Assembly: GCA_965248265.1 (NCBI GenBank)
Contig: CBDFJF010000002.1
Span: forward strand, 1,792,001-1,856,000
From: Candidatus Latescibacterota bacterium
GTDB taxonomy: Bacteria; Latescibacterota; UBA2968; UBA8231
Direction: 5' to 3'
DNA length: 64,000 bases
Every line of letters starts with the position of its first letter. Within the stretch, counting starts at the first letter, position 1. Position numbers and translations under genes: made by a program. The notes below the pieces were generated by a model. That model saw only the letters and a program-made list of their open reading frames with translations, was not told the DNA's origin and searched no databases. Of the stretch, positions 31,860-42,900 are shown one piece after another.

Positions 31860-33785
31860 TCAGTAGGCTACTGAAACGACGCCGCTGCTGGTCTCCTTCT
31901 CTGACTGCACGTCCACCACCAGCCGGTACAGATACAGCCCCGGCGGCACCAGGCCGTTCGAGTCGTCCCGGCCATCCCACGGGTGGCTGTACTCACCCAC
32001 CGGATCCTCCCCCTCATACACCCGCCTCACCAGCCGGCCCGACAGATCGTAGATCTCGAGCGACACCGGCACCGCTGACGTCACCCGCAGCAGCTTGTAC
32101 GAGATGTCAACCACATCATTCACCCCATCGCCGTTCGGCGTGAACGGATTCGGCGAGATCCGAGGCGAAAACACCAGCGAGCTGCTCAGAGCCGTTGTCA
32201 CCGACAGGCGATCGCTCTCGATCTCATCGGCGGCATTGCCCGGGACGATCCGTTGACGTACCTCGTGCGGCCTGTCCGTGTCGAACACCCTGCCTGCAAA
32301 CTGGTTGCCCACTTCTCTCAGTACCGGAGCGGTGAACACCACCTCCACCAGCGCACCGCTGTCAGTCGGCTTCAGCCGGCGCGAGAGCAGAACCTCAAAC
32401 CCAAGACCGTCTTCGTGGATAGTCCACGAGAAATCGTCGTGATCGACCGCGTCTATGCGCAGCGAATCGACCGACACCACCCCTGACGGCGTCGAGATCT
32501 CCACCCCGTCAAAGCTGATGTCGGTGGAGTGGATCGTCGGACTGATGTAATACGTAAACTGCGTCGGCTCGCCCACCGCAGTCTCTATCGGGTGAATCTC
32601 CCCTACCAGTTCGCGTACCAGCGGCGGTACAGACGCTTTGACTTCTATGAAGTCGATCTTGCCCCCGTCTTCGGTAGTCGATGAAAAATCCGTTCTGATC
32701 TGGAAGTATTTCCGCGGCCCTGGGGATACGAAGGCAACCCCGGGATGCTCGAACGCATACGGGGACGACCAAAAACTCCAGTTCTCCGTATCCGAACTGA
32801 CCCAGTCCGCCTCGTCTCGCGGCTTGAAAAGCTTAATGAGCTTTTCGTACTGGCGTGTGTACTCCGTCAGGCTCCGGTCGCCGCCGCCCTGCAGAAACTT
32901 GATGCTGTCCTGCTGCTCGGGGCGGGCTTCCCAGAAAATGACCGGCTGCGGGTCATTGCCCGCCCGGGTGCGGATAGCGACCCGGGCATGGGGATCCTGC
33001 CGCCCCGACCAGCGAATCTCGCCCAGACTGGCGGTGTCGTCTAGCTCGATCACATCCGATTCGTACGACGCCGGGCTCACAAATCCTCCGCCGAAAATCT
33101 CGATATCGGCGATCCCAATCTCCTTCGGCGTAGTGCGAAAAATCCCCAAGCGTATAGACCTGATTTTTGCCCAGTGTGGCAGAGTGACGTTGACGTTGGG
33201 ATCCGTGTTTTCCCTTACCTCGACTAGTCGCGTGAAATTCGGGATTCGGTCCGGAACTCTCGTCCGTTCTCCGCTGACTTCAATCTTGAAATGGGTCACG
33301 AAATGCTCTGGTCTGTCTGCCAGAGGTCGGAACGCCACTTCCCTGATCGAGAAGCGCCCACCCAGATCGATGTAAACCCAGTTGGGCCTATTGAACTCGT
33401 GGAAGACCTCGGGTGCGATGGCTGGCCAAGTGTAAGACGTTCGCGGATCCTGATCGATCAGCGAGTGCACCCGGTCGTCCGAGACAATAGCTGTTCCGGT
33501 TGCTGTCAGGAAGCCATCTCTGGAAAAGAGCGTCGCAGCGATGCTTTCGTCCTCGTCGAAGAAGATGGGCTGCAGAGAACCCGCCTGTAACGAGTCTGGC
33601 TCGAGGGCCTCCTCGAGCTGCGAGGCCGACCACGCGATGTGCCGGAAATCGATACCGAGCCCCTCCAGACTGTCCTTCTCCGCTGCGGTAAAAGGCGCGC
33701 CGATGCGGTAGACGATCACGCCCGAAGCGTCGCGCGCATTGAGAGCGAGGGCAATTAAGATGAGCGGGAACATTCCTGTCGTCAT
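31860..33785 (-). CDS. Secreted discoidin-like + FlgD-Ig domain protein
   Basis: IDLGGRF, WSFWSSPY..SPGPRKY, PNPFTPNGDGVND..WDGRDD..PPGLY; paralog of 61155-63152. Confidence 0.82.
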   Translation of the reverse strand: MTTGMFPLILIALALNARDASGVIVYRIGAPFTAAEKDSLEGLGIDFRHIAWSASQLEEALEPDSLQAGSLQPIFFDEDESIAATLFSRDGFLTATGTAIVSDDRVHSLIDQDPRTSYTWPAIAPEVFHEFNRPNWVYIDLGGRFSIREVAFRPLADRPEHFVTHFKIEVSGERTRVPDRIPNFTRLVEVRENTDPNVNVTLPHWAKIRSIRLGIFRTTPKEIGIADIEIFGGGFVSPASYESDVIELDDTASLGEIRWSGRQDPHARVAIRTRAGNDPQPVIFWEARPEQQDSIKFLQGGGDRSLTEYTRQYEKLIKLFKPRDEADWVSSDTENWSFWSSPYAFEHPGVAFVSPGPRKYFQIRTDFSSTTEDGGKIDFIEVKASVPPLVRELVGEIHPIETAVGEPTQFTYYISPTIHSTDISFDGVEISTPSGVVSVDSLRIDAVDHDDFSWTIHEDGLGFEVLLSRRLKPTDSGALVEVVFTAPVLREVGNQFAGRVFDTDRPHEVRQRIVPGNAADEIESDRLSVTTALSSSLVFSPRISPNPFTPNGDGVNDVVDISYKLLRVTSAVPVSLEIYDLSGRLVRRVYEGEDPVGEYSHPWDGRDDSNGLVPPGLYLYRLVVDVQSEKETSSGVVSVAY

Positions 33786-33982
33786 CTGGCAGCTCCCGTC
33801 GGATTGTGAATGTCCAGGTTCGGCTGGCTGCGCGAGAATCGTCGATGCTGCCAACGCACTACGACTGACAAAAAATATGCAATTGTCTGGGGCGGAACAA
33901 GATACAGGCGGGATGCGGTGGGATTAGCGTGGCAGGCTGTGGAGCGCGCGACCACTCGTCGCCATGACCCCACAGATCTGCT

Positions 33983-34105
33983 CCGAGGCGCGAACAGCCC
34001 TTGGTCAGTCGGAAAACCCTTGAGGAACTTCGTGACGATGACGTCGGCGTGCGAGTTGGGAAAGTATTCCGTTATAATTGCTGCGATTTTCTTCCGGTCA
34101 GTCAT
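33983..34105 (-). pseudogene. N-terminal 41-codon stub of a conserved oxidoreductase-like protein
   Basis: MTDRKKIAAIITEYFPNSHADVIVTKFLKG, after which protein-like character is lost. Confidence 0.55.
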
Positions 34106-34264
34106 ACTGACGCGAATGCCCGAACCGAGCCACGCGAAAAGGGAACCCTCGCACCTCCCACATTGGACGACGAGCAGCGGCGCGGAGGCTGCTGGGAACC
34201 CGCGCTGACCGTGCGGGCCGGTCGGCCGGTGTGATCTTCACGTTTCGTCTTTTCAGAATTTCAC

Positions 34265-34293
34265 TTGAGAATCGACGGCTTTTGACGTAGGTT
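34265..34293 (+). promoter_or_regulatory. Putative sigma70 promoter
   Basis: TTGAGA-17 nt-TAGGTT; GAGGAGG RBS before 34320. Confidence 0.5.
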
Positions 34294-34319
34294 CGTAACC
34301 TCTTCCAGAGGAGGCGGTT

Positions 34320-34868
34320 ATGAAAATTCTACTTGCAGTTGCAGCCTGCTTCGTCCTGGCTGCTGCGGTATGGGCAGGCGAGGGCGAGTGTCTCTATCAC
34401 GACGGGGTCACTGCCGACGAAGCTATTCTCATATTGCCTGGAGTCGACGCGATTGTCTCCACAAACGCCATAACTCCGCCGGCTGAAGTGACGGTCAGCA
34501 CTCTTGACGCTACTTCCATTCTCGTCCGCTGGAACCGGGTCGACGCGGCCAACGCATATCGCATCTATCGGGAGAAGACGGTTGGGCTGGAGGCCAGTGC
34601 CGACGTCCCTGGAGACATCGTCGTGGTGGAGGATGAACGGAGCATCGAAATGATGCCTTGGACCAGGGTTGAGGCCACCCCGGAGGTTGAAGTGCTCGAG
34701 GCCCTTGTCGAGCCCCGCGACAGGTTGGAGACGAGGTGGGGCGTACAGGCTCTCGGTGAAACGGAAGGAATAGAGCTGCAATCGCCCGTGGTTCTGGCGA
34801 TTCCTATGCCGGTACCAACGGGGGTTGAGAACGAAAGCTGGGGACAGGTAAAAGCCGCTACACCCTGA
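34320..34868 (+). CDS. Secreted FN3-like protein with C-terminal TGVENESWGQVK tail
   Basis: Signal peptide; PPAEVTV...SILVRWNRV..ANAYRIYR. Confidence 0.72.
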   Translation: MKILLAVAACFVLAAAVWAGEGECLYHDGVTADEAILILPGVDAIVSTNAITPPAEVTVSTLDATSILVRWNRVDAANAYRIYREKTVGLEASADVPGDIVVVEDERSIEMMPWTRVEATPEVEVLEALVEPRDRLETRWGVQALGETEGIELQSPVVLAIPMPVPTGVENESWGQVKAATP

Positions 34869-34919
34869 TCGCCCTGATCTTACCAAGGCGTGCCTTCTCG
34901 TGCGCCGGCGTGTCTATTG

Positions 34920-34956
34920 AACCTGCAGGTCTCTTACTGAGCCTGCAGGTTTTTTC
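34920..34956. terminator. Terminator hairpin between convergent genes (also in the copy at 63379-63415)
   Basis: AACCTGCAGG...CCTGCAGGTT followed by a T-run. Confidence 0.75.
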
Positions 34957-35238
34957 ATGCGGGGGCCGCCACCGTCAGCCGCCCCTCGACGCCGTGCTTT
35001 TCGATCAGCTCCGACACCAGACCGCTCGCCTTGGTTTCCTCGACGAAATCGCGCAGGAACTCGGCGGCGACCGTGCGGTCGGGTTTCGTGCCGATGGCCT
35101 GCTGGACTGCGGTAAACTGGCCGGCCAGGATCCTTGCGCCGGGAAGCTTTTTCACATCTTCGACCAGCCGCGGTCGTAGACCCGCCAGGACCTATAGACC
35201 CTGCTCGACGAAAGCGTCGAACGACGCGTCGATACCCT
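34955..35238 (-). pseudogene. C-terminal stub of an amino-acid ABC substrate-binding protein
   Basis: GL*VLAGLRPRL...FTAVQQAIG...FVEETKASGLV; in-frame TAG; abuts an IS91 relic. Confidence 0.7.
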
Positions 35239-35239
35239 C

Positions 35240-35522
35240 CAATTGCTGGCGCACGTGTTTTCGATTGACGTCACCGAATGCCCCGACTGCGGGGGGCAGA
35301 TGACTCGTCGCACCGCTTGATCCGACAGGATCGATGTGCCTGAATCGTCCTTGAGGGTCGCAGAAGCGTCAAGAAAACCAGCCGCGGCCTGAAACCACGT
35401 CCGACAGTCCCGTCGAAGTCTACGAAACATCGTTCCACCCTTCACAAAAAACACCAGGTCCTACTCGACACCAGACACCCAAGCGATTTAGACTATCTAT
35501 AATGTCGCTTATCGTTCCTAAC
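35240..35522 (+). mobile_element. IS91/ISCR relic A (transposase 3' piece plus putative ori end)
   Basis: QLLAHVFSIDVTECPDCGGQM; end motif TATAATGTCGCTTATCGTTCCTAAC resembles 52031-52057. Confidence 0.75.
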
Positions 35523-35650
35523 CGTCCGCAGTGACGAGGGTTCGCTTGAAGTTCACGGCTTTGCTGAAGATTCTCTGTGACCGATGTGTTTACCTGCTCT
35601 GAAGTCTAGCGTAGTCTCCGTGCCCGCACAATCGCAAGGATCCGACTCAA

Positions 35651-37633
35651 ATGGCCGATGACCACGAGCCGGCCGGCGAGCTCTCCACGGACTCGCGCGG
35701 TGTCAGTCTGCGTTCCGTCGCCATCGGCGGAGCGGCAGCCCTCTTCATCGGGGTGTCGCTGCCTTACACGAACATGGTCATCAAGGGCGGCCTCCTCGCC
35801 CACAACCACAACGCGCCGGCAGCCCTGTTCGTGTTCTTTCTCTTCGTCGGCCTCGTGCACACGGCCACGGCCGCGATCAAGCGCGGCTGGTCTTACACGC
35901 GCTCGGAGCTCACGACCATTTACGTCATGGCCCTGGTGGCCACAGCGATTCCGACCATCGGCTTCTCCGAGTACCTCCTGCCCATCATCGCCGGTTTCAC
36001 CTACTACGCCACGCCTGAGAACAACTGGCAGGCAACCTTCCAACCCCTGCTGCCGAACTGGGCGGTACCACAGGACGATGTCGCCGTGCGCCATTTCTTC
36101 GAAGGCCTGCCCGACGGCCTGCCCCTGCCCTGGGGTGCCTGGCTCGAACCCCTGCTCTGGTGGGTCGTCTTCATCCTCGCCGTCTACTGGACGTCGGCCT
36201 GCTTGATGGTGATCGTGCGCCGGCAGTGGATGGAACGGGAGAAGCTCAACTATCCCCTCATCCAGGTCCCTCTGGAGATGATCCGCGACGAACCCGGCCG
36301 CCCCTCGTTGCTCAAGCCCTTCTTCCGGAATCCGGTGATGTGGATCGGCTTCGCCGTGCCCTTCCTGCTGGGATCCTACCATTCTCTGCACGAGTACTTC
36401 CCGGCGCTCCCGCGGGAGGGACCGCTGACGACGACCTACCAGCTTTTCCGTGGCACCACACCGCTCGTCGTCATGCTCAATTTCGGCCTCATCGGCTTCG
36501 CCTTTCTGCTGCGGCGCGATCTCGCTCTGGGTCTGTGGGTATTCTGTCTGCTCGCCGTGATCCAGCGCGGCACCTTCAACGTCCTCGGAATCGCCAGCAC
36601 CGAGACCCTGAGCCGCTTCGCCAACCACAGCGGCCCCTACCTGGCCCATCAGGCCATGGGGGCGATGACGGTGCTGGTGCTGTCCGTTCTCTGGCACGGA
36701 CGAGCCCATCTGCTCGACGTCTGGCGCAAGGCCATAGGCCGCGACAACGCCGTCGACGACAGTGACGAGATCCTCTCGTACCGCACCGCCGTATTCGGCC
36801 TGATCTTTGGCGTAACCGTCGTCGGCGTCTGGATGTGGCAAGCGGGACTGCCCGGGTGGCTCGTGCCCGTTTTTCTGTTCGCCGTGTTCGTCGTCTTCAT
36901 GGCGCTGACCCGTGCCGTAGTCGAGGGCGGCGTCGCCGTCATCCGCACGCCCCTTACTCCGGCCGACTTCGTCGTCTCCGGATTCGGCACGAACGCCGTC
37001 GGCGGCTTGGGCGTCGCTTCGCTGGGCCTGACGTACGTCTGGGCAGCCAACATCCGCATCCTCTTCATGCCGGCCTTCGCCAATCTCCTGCGCCTCGTTC
37101 ACGGCATCGACCGCGGCAAGTCGCGGTTGAAATGGGCCGTCGGACTGGCCGTGATCGCGGCCCTCAGCGGATCCCTGTGGAGTGTCTTCGTGCTCTCGTA
37201 CGAGCACGGCGGCGTCAACCTGCACGGCTTCTGGTTCATCGAGGTGCCGCAACTGGCCGGCAACTACATGGTGCAGTTCCTGGCCGACCCGATCCCACCC
37301 GATTGGGGGGGTTGGGGGTTCACTCTGATCGGCGGCCTCGTTCAGATGCTCCTCGTCGTCGCCCGCGCCCAGCTAGCCTGGTGGCCCCTGCACCCACTGG
37401 GCTTCGCCGTCAGCACCTTCTTCATCATGACCTACGTGTGGTTCAGCGTCATGATCGCCTGGGCAGTGAAATCTGCCGTACTCCGGTACGGCGGCCCGGC
37501 ACTCTACCGGAGGACGCGGCCGTTCTTCCTGGGTTTGATCCTCGGACAGATCTCGGTCTCAGGGTTGTGGCTCGTCATCGACCACTTCACCGGAATGGTG
37601 GGCAATGCGCCGATGGGGCAGTCGTTCGTGTAG
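35651..37633 (+). CDS. DUF6785/DUF6784-type membrane transporter (OPT-like), second copy
   Basis: YYATPENNW, RRQWMEREKLNYPL, WWPLHPLGF, RYGG....RPFFLGLILG. Confidence 0.85.
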   Translation: MADDHEPAGELSTDSRGVSLRSVAIGGAAALFIGVSLPYTNMVIKGGLLAHNHNAPAALFVFFLFVGLVHTATAAIKRGWSYTRSELTTIYVMALVATAIPTIGFSEYLLPIIAGFTYYATPENNWQATFQPLLPNWAVPQDDVAVRHFFEGLPDGLPLPWGAWLEPLLWWVVFILAVYWTSACLMVIVRRQWMEREKLNYPLIQVPLEMIRDEPGRPSLLKPFFRNPVMWIGFAVPFLLGSYHSLHEYFPALPREGPLTTTYQLFRGTTPLVVMLNFGLIGFAFLLRRDLALGLWVFCLLAVIQRGTFNVLGIASTETLSRFANHSGPYLAHQAMGAMTVLVLSVLWHGRAHLLDVWRKAIGRDNAVDDSDEILSYRTAVFGLIFGVTVVGVWMWQAGLPGWLVPVFLFAVFVVFMALTRAVVEGGVAVIRTPLTPADFVVSGFGTNAVGGLGVASLGLTYVWAANIRILFMPAFANLLRLVHGIDRGKSRLKWAVGLAVIAALSGSLWSVFVLSYEHGGVNLHGFWFIEVPQLAGNYMVQFLADPIPPDWGGWGFTLIGGLVQMLLVVARAQLAWWPLHPLGFAVSTFFIMTYVWFSVMIAWAVKSAVLRYGGPALYRRTRPFFLGLILGQISVSGLWLVIDHFTGMVGNAPMGQSFV

Positions 37634-37639
37634 CCCCAG

Positions 37640-37860
37640 CTCTAAGACCGAGACTGGCATGCCGTCGTAGGCGAGCTCGAATCCGCGACGCGCGAGTGTG
37701 TCCGCGGCGATGTCGTCATGCGGCGCTACATGGCCGACACTGATATGCGACCCGATTCTGCGCCGGCAAACCGCTTCCCATTCCACACGTTGCCGTCGGC
37801 GAAATCGAGACTGCGGCCGATCGCCTCGCTGCCGTAGACATCGAGCCCGCCGGGAATGCC
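37640..37860 (-). pseudogene. Possible MBL-fold (PhnP-like) hydrolase shards
   Basis: LDVYGSEA... and, in another frame, HVAPH...FELAYDGM. Confidence 0.4.
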
Positions 37861-38497
37861 AAGGGCGTGCACGCCCAGAACTACCACATCTTCACACCTG
37901 CCGGAGAAGGGCGGGATTGGGTGTTCGTCTGGGGGTGTCAGCCGTGGATCGGCCAGTTGCCGTACGCCAACCACGCCTACTCCTACGATTTCGAGGAAGG
38001 CGAGAGCGGAAAACTCGTGCTAGAGTTCTGGATCACACCCTTCGACTACGCGCCGTACGATGGCCCGGAGCGGGCCGCTGTGTCCAAGCTGGAGGAAAAC
38101 AGCCTGATCGCCCTGTCCTGGGCGGTCCTCGACTTCGACGAGGACCACACGGAGTATGAGGGGTTCTGGAACCTTTCGCACGACGCACATGTACGACGAC
38201 GCCTCGAACCTGTGCGCCTTTCGCTTGATGCCGCTGGAGCCGGAGTACCTGAAACCGCTCGAGGCGCAATACTCCTATACGGTCGTCGACATGGATCGTC
38301 GGATGGTCGCCTTCACGGATCGATCCCGTGGTGAGATCACGTCGTGGTCGTGGGATTTCGGCGATGGCACTTCATCGGCCGAACAGCACCCGATTCACCA
38401 GTACGACAGACCGGGAGAATTCGTGGTCATCTTGAACGTCAAGGGGCAGCAGGGGAAAGCCCGGCGCGTCAAAGTGAATCAGGTGATGGTGAAGTGA
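37861..38497 (+). pseudogene. 3' half of a third PKD-protein copy
   Basis: Close match to 6641-7201 plus an intact C-terminus; 2-nt deletion near 38183. Confidence 0.9.
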
Positions 38498-38553
38498 ATC
38501 CAGCCTGAACGGATCGCGGCCCGTGCTCAGGCTTCCTTCTCTCCGCAGCACGT

Positions 38554-39927
38554 CTATACGATCGAGAAGCTGTACAGGCAGGTATTGCTGAACTTGAAGC
38601 GGATGCTGATCTGTCCGGACGGTAGGGCGCTGCTCGTCTCCCAGTGGACGGGCTGACGGACACCATCGTCGGCAACCGGTCGGCAATCCGAGAGGTGATA
38701 CCCCGGCACGGGCACTCCCGATGGGTATAGGACCTCGGCCCTCAGCTCTCCCTTTCCTGCATCGGCGTTGACGATCAAACCCTGACCGCCCGAGGGCATC
38801 AGCGTGGTCTCAACGGCGCCCGGCCTCTCCCCGGCGTCGAGCGACACCCAGCCGTCCAGCCGCCAGGCTGCCCGGGCAATCGTGATCTTCTTCTTCGGCA
38901 TGTAGCCGCCGTGGGTCGTCGTGATGCCTGTGTAGTAGAGCCTGACTTCGTCGTCCGATACGATGGGCCCGTTGCCGACACCGAGGATACAGCCGGCGTC
39001 GTAGTCGTGAGGACCGTTCGCGATGACGGGCGACCGGTCTTCGCACCGGGACCACGAGCGGCCATTCCGGCTGTACGCGAGCTGCACGTCGATGGGTCCA
39101 TCGGCGGGGCTCTGTTCCGGACCCTTCTCGACAGGTGGACCCGTGTGCCGGAAGTGAGTGACAAAACCCAACCACATCCCGCCATATGGGATGACCCCCA
39201 TGTGGTAGAACTGCGAGAATAAACCGCCCTCGCCCTCGGTCTGGGCGTCGTCGGTCTCGTCCGGTGCCATGACCAGTTCGTAGTCGGACCAGCTCTGCAT
39301 ATCGGGGCTGGTTGACAGATAGACCAGGCGACGTCTCTGGCCTCGGTGATTGCCGTAGCGTTTGTGAAAAGCGAGGTAGTCGCCGGTTGCGGGGTCCCGT
39401 GCAAAGCTGCAGGTGTCTCCGCCATCCAGGATCGGGTTCTTCGCGTAATACTGCCAGTTCAATCCGTCAGCGGAATGGGCTACGCAGTAGCCGCGGCTCT
39501 CAGGCGAGCGTGAAACCCCGAGTATCTTGTAGCGGCATGCGGGATCGGGGTCCGTCGGATCGTCGATGACACTGGGGCTGTGAAGACGGATCGGAAGAGC
39601 GTTGTTGCCTGTGCTGCCGGCGCTCTCGACAAGGCCGAGCTCCGGACGGCGCCAATCCACGCCGTCATCCGATTCGGCGTAGAGGACCCAGTCCTGGTGG
39701 CGCATGTACCACATCCGCAGGCCGTCCCCATCCTCGGCGGGCAGGACCGTGCCGTAGACGTAAACACGCCGGTCATCGGAGGGCGCCTGCCAGGTTTCAA
39801 GACCGGATATGACGGGTTGGGGCAGCTTGCGACAGGCGTGGGTACGGCGAACGACGCCCTCCTTGCGGGCGATCATGACGTCGTCGACGAAGAGGTGGGG
39901 TACACTCGATGTGTCTGTTGTGCTCAT
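38554..39927 (-). CDS. Beta-propeller glycoside-hydrolase-like protein
   Basis: HLFVDD, YAESDDGVDWRRPELGL, QLAYSRNG, RLDGWVS, LYSF. Confidence 0.78.
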   Translation of the reverse strand: MSTTDTSSVPHLFVDDVMIARKEGVVRRTHACRKLPQPVISGLETWQAPSDDRRVYVYGTVLPAEDGDGLRMWYMRHQDWVLYAESDDGVDWRRPELGLVESAGSTGNNALPIRLHSPSVIDDPTDPDPACRYKILGVSRSPESRGYCVAHSADGLNWQYYAKNPILDGGDTCSFARDPATGDYLAFHKRYGNHRGQRRRLVYLSTSPDMQSWSDYELVMAPDETDDAQTEGEGGLFSQFYHMGVIPYGGMWLGFVTHFRHTGPPVEKGPEQSPADGPIDVQLAYSRNGRSWSRCEDRSPVIANGPHDYDAGCILGVGNGPIVSDDEVRLYYTGITTTHGGYMPKKKITIARAAWRLDGWVSLDAGERPGAVETTLMPSGGQGLIVNADAGKGELRAEVLYPSGVPVPGYHLSDCRPVADDGVRQPVHWETSSALPSGQISIRFKFSNTCLYSFSIV

Positions 39928-39973
39928 CTTGGGCGATTCCCTGCCAGCTCTCTGACAGTCGTTGAGAATTCCA

Positions 39974-42900
39974 CTATTTCAGCAACAAAAACCTGCGCGA
40001 AGCTACTCGCTCCCCTGCTTGCAGCCTGTACATGTACACGCCACTGGCGAGCTCACGGCCATGATCGCCCCGGCCGTCCCACGTAACCGAGTGATTCCCC
40101 GCATCCACGACCGCGCTCACCAGCTTCCGGGTTTGCTGACCAGCCAGATTATAGATCGCGAGCTCGACATCACCCCGCGCCGGCACCGAAAACCTGATTG
40201 TGGTGGTTGGGTTAAATGGATTGGGAAAGCTCTGCTCCAGCCTGAACTCGTGGGGTACCGTGACTGGCTCCTCCATCACAGCGGTCATCGCCGCCAACGC
40301 CATCAACTCCGACAGCACTCTAATCCGGGCCTCGTCCGCCAGCGTGCGGTCCATTTCGCTCAGCCAGTTGGTCCCATGGCCCGCCGACTCCAAGACACTC
40401 GTCGGCAGGCTCTCCAGCAACCGACGCGCTTCCTCCACCCCAGGACCCGCCGCCCCCTGCGCAGACGCCTCCCGGATCGCCCGATCCAACATCACGAAGT
40501 ACTCGTAGTCCTGCACCCCTTCCCGCGCCGCCTCGAGATGTTTCCCGGCCGTCACCGAGACCTGGTCGATGAACATGGGGGAGTACCCATCCTTTAAAGT
40601 CAGATACTCGTTCCACGATGACGCGCCGCCCGTGTCCGTCAGCGACCACATGTAGAAGGCTGTCGCTCCGTAGCGCCAGCTCGTCCACGCCATGAGGCGG
40701 CCCGCGTACGGATCATAAACGCGACTCGTCCATGCCGTATAGAACTCCAAGCCGATCCCCTGCTCGCGTTTGTCCACGAAGTAGTCGCGATAGTCCTCGC
40801 CCCTGGTCAGGAAGGCCTGGTAGTTGGGGCTCAACACGTGGCACGCATCGATCATCTCCTGGTTCGCCTGGCTCATGTCCTCGTGGGTGACATCCTCCCA
40901 GACGCGGATCCCCGTGTTGGCTTCCCGGATGGCAATCGCCCAGGCCAGAATGCGCTCATCCATCCACGGCTCGTCTGGCTCATCCACCAGCAGCAGCGCC
41001 AGCTGTTCCGGCCTCACGCCCCTGGTCACCGCATGCTCCGCCCAGAACTGGACCCATGCCTTCACCGCCGTCGTGAATTCCGGCGTGCCCATGGGCCACG
41101 ACTCGAATTGATCGCCCACTTTCGCAAACACCATGTACTGGGCGGCATCCGGCCACAACTCGATCCAGGCATCGAAGTAGTCGGTGTCGGGTGGCGCCGT
41201 CATCGCTCCCGTCTCATCGTGCGTGCCCCGCGGCAGCGCCAGCTTGAGGGCCCATGGCGAGTCGACGCGGTGCTCGCGCAGGTGCTCGATGATCGCCGAC
41301 CGGTTCTGCTCTGTGATGAAGGGGAAATGACCGACCCGGTCCGTATAGTCCCATCCGCCAAAGTGAAGCGACTGCTTTTCCGGGAAGTCCAGGGGATACA
41401 AGTGCATGAACAATGGAAACCGCTTGCCTCCGGGCGTCGATGCTACGACGACCTCACCCTCGTAGGTACCGGGCTCCACGTCGACCGGATGGAAGGTCAG
41501 CCACACCTGGCGCGTCATGCCCGAGGGCACGCTCAGCGTGTACAGACCGCTCTCGGCAACAACCTCTGGCAGGGCTGCCGCCACCGCTACGCCAGATCGG
41601 GTATCCGTCCAGGCTACTTCGTGAACCGTTATATATTCCGGATTGTCGCCCCCGGGTAGGCCGCTCAAGCGGAACGTCGCCTGCATCGGCTCGTCACTGC
41701 TGTTGCTGACGTTGAACGCAGCCGCCCGGTGTTCCTTCCGCATCAGGTGCACCTCGACGGCCAGTTCTCCCGCCGTATCCGGCGTGCCGATAAGGGGAAG
41801 CGGATCCCACAGATTCGAGCGCCAGAACGTGAGCGGCTCCAAACCCCTGGCGCGCCAGAGCCACGCCTGCGTGCGCAATACCCGTTCGTGCTGCGAATTC
41901 AGCGGCAGAACCGCCCGGAAGCCGTCCTCGAACGCGGTGGCCAGCCCCAGATCCGCTTCTACGGCCGACAATTCGCCGAGCACGTCAGTTCGTATCTGAA
42001 CCGGGATACCCTCTTCTCCGGCCGTCTGCCGTAAGACCTCGATGTCTCGCATGAGGCGCGTCTGAATCCCGTTCTGGATGGCGATCCCACCCGCATACAC
42101 TCTCAGGTCTGCGATGGCTGGCCCGGGCAGCGGCTCATCCAACCACTCTGGCTCGCCCACGTAGACCTCGATTTCGTCCACGAACGTGAACGGCTCGTTC
42201 CACACCACCAGACCGACATAGCGGCCGTGCGTCCGCAACTGGTCCGTGACATATCGATGAACCCCATACCCCGTCGTCGGGGGTGTGCCGTGTTCGGCGC
42301 TCAATTCCACCAAATCCCCGAGCTCATGGAACTGCCCATCTTCACCCGCTATGAGGATCCGGATCTGCTGCGGCCAACTCACCCCTGCCCTGCCGGCCGC
42401 CGTATGGAACGAAACACCTCGTATCGGCTGCACCGCACCCAGGTCCAGCGTCACGATCACGGGACTCTTTTCCTGCCAGCCCACGGTCGACAGCTTTCCC
42501 CACAGACTCTCCTGCGTGTCGAGCTGTACCCCGTCGGTCAGTTGCTCGTAGTCAGCGGCGTCCGAGCTCAGCCCGTAATTCGGCCCCGGATCCAGTGTGT
42601 AGCTCGCCCCGAAAGCGATGTTCTCGCTCGGATCCTCGATGTCGATCCGGCTCACATATTCCCTCAGGTCCGCAAAGGCCGGCCCCGGCAGCGGCTCATC
42701 CAACCACTCTTCTCCCTCGCCCAAGTAGACCTCGATTTCGTCCACGAACGTGAAAGGCTCGTTCCACACCACCAGACCGACATAGCGGCCGTGCGTCCGC
42801 AGCTGGTCCGTGACAAATCGATGTACCCCATATTCCGTTGGTGAAGGGGTTGGGGAGCGTTCCTCGCTCAATTCCACCAAATCCCCGATCTCATGGAATT

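Noticed and set aside
26586-33785. Flagellar hook-capping genes
   Set aside because: Only the C-terminal FlgD-Ig domain is present, on large Sec-signal proteins; no flagellar genes nearby
34110-34235. Riboswitch or ncRNA in a GC-rich spacer
   Set aside because: No family consensus recognised; would need an Infernal search
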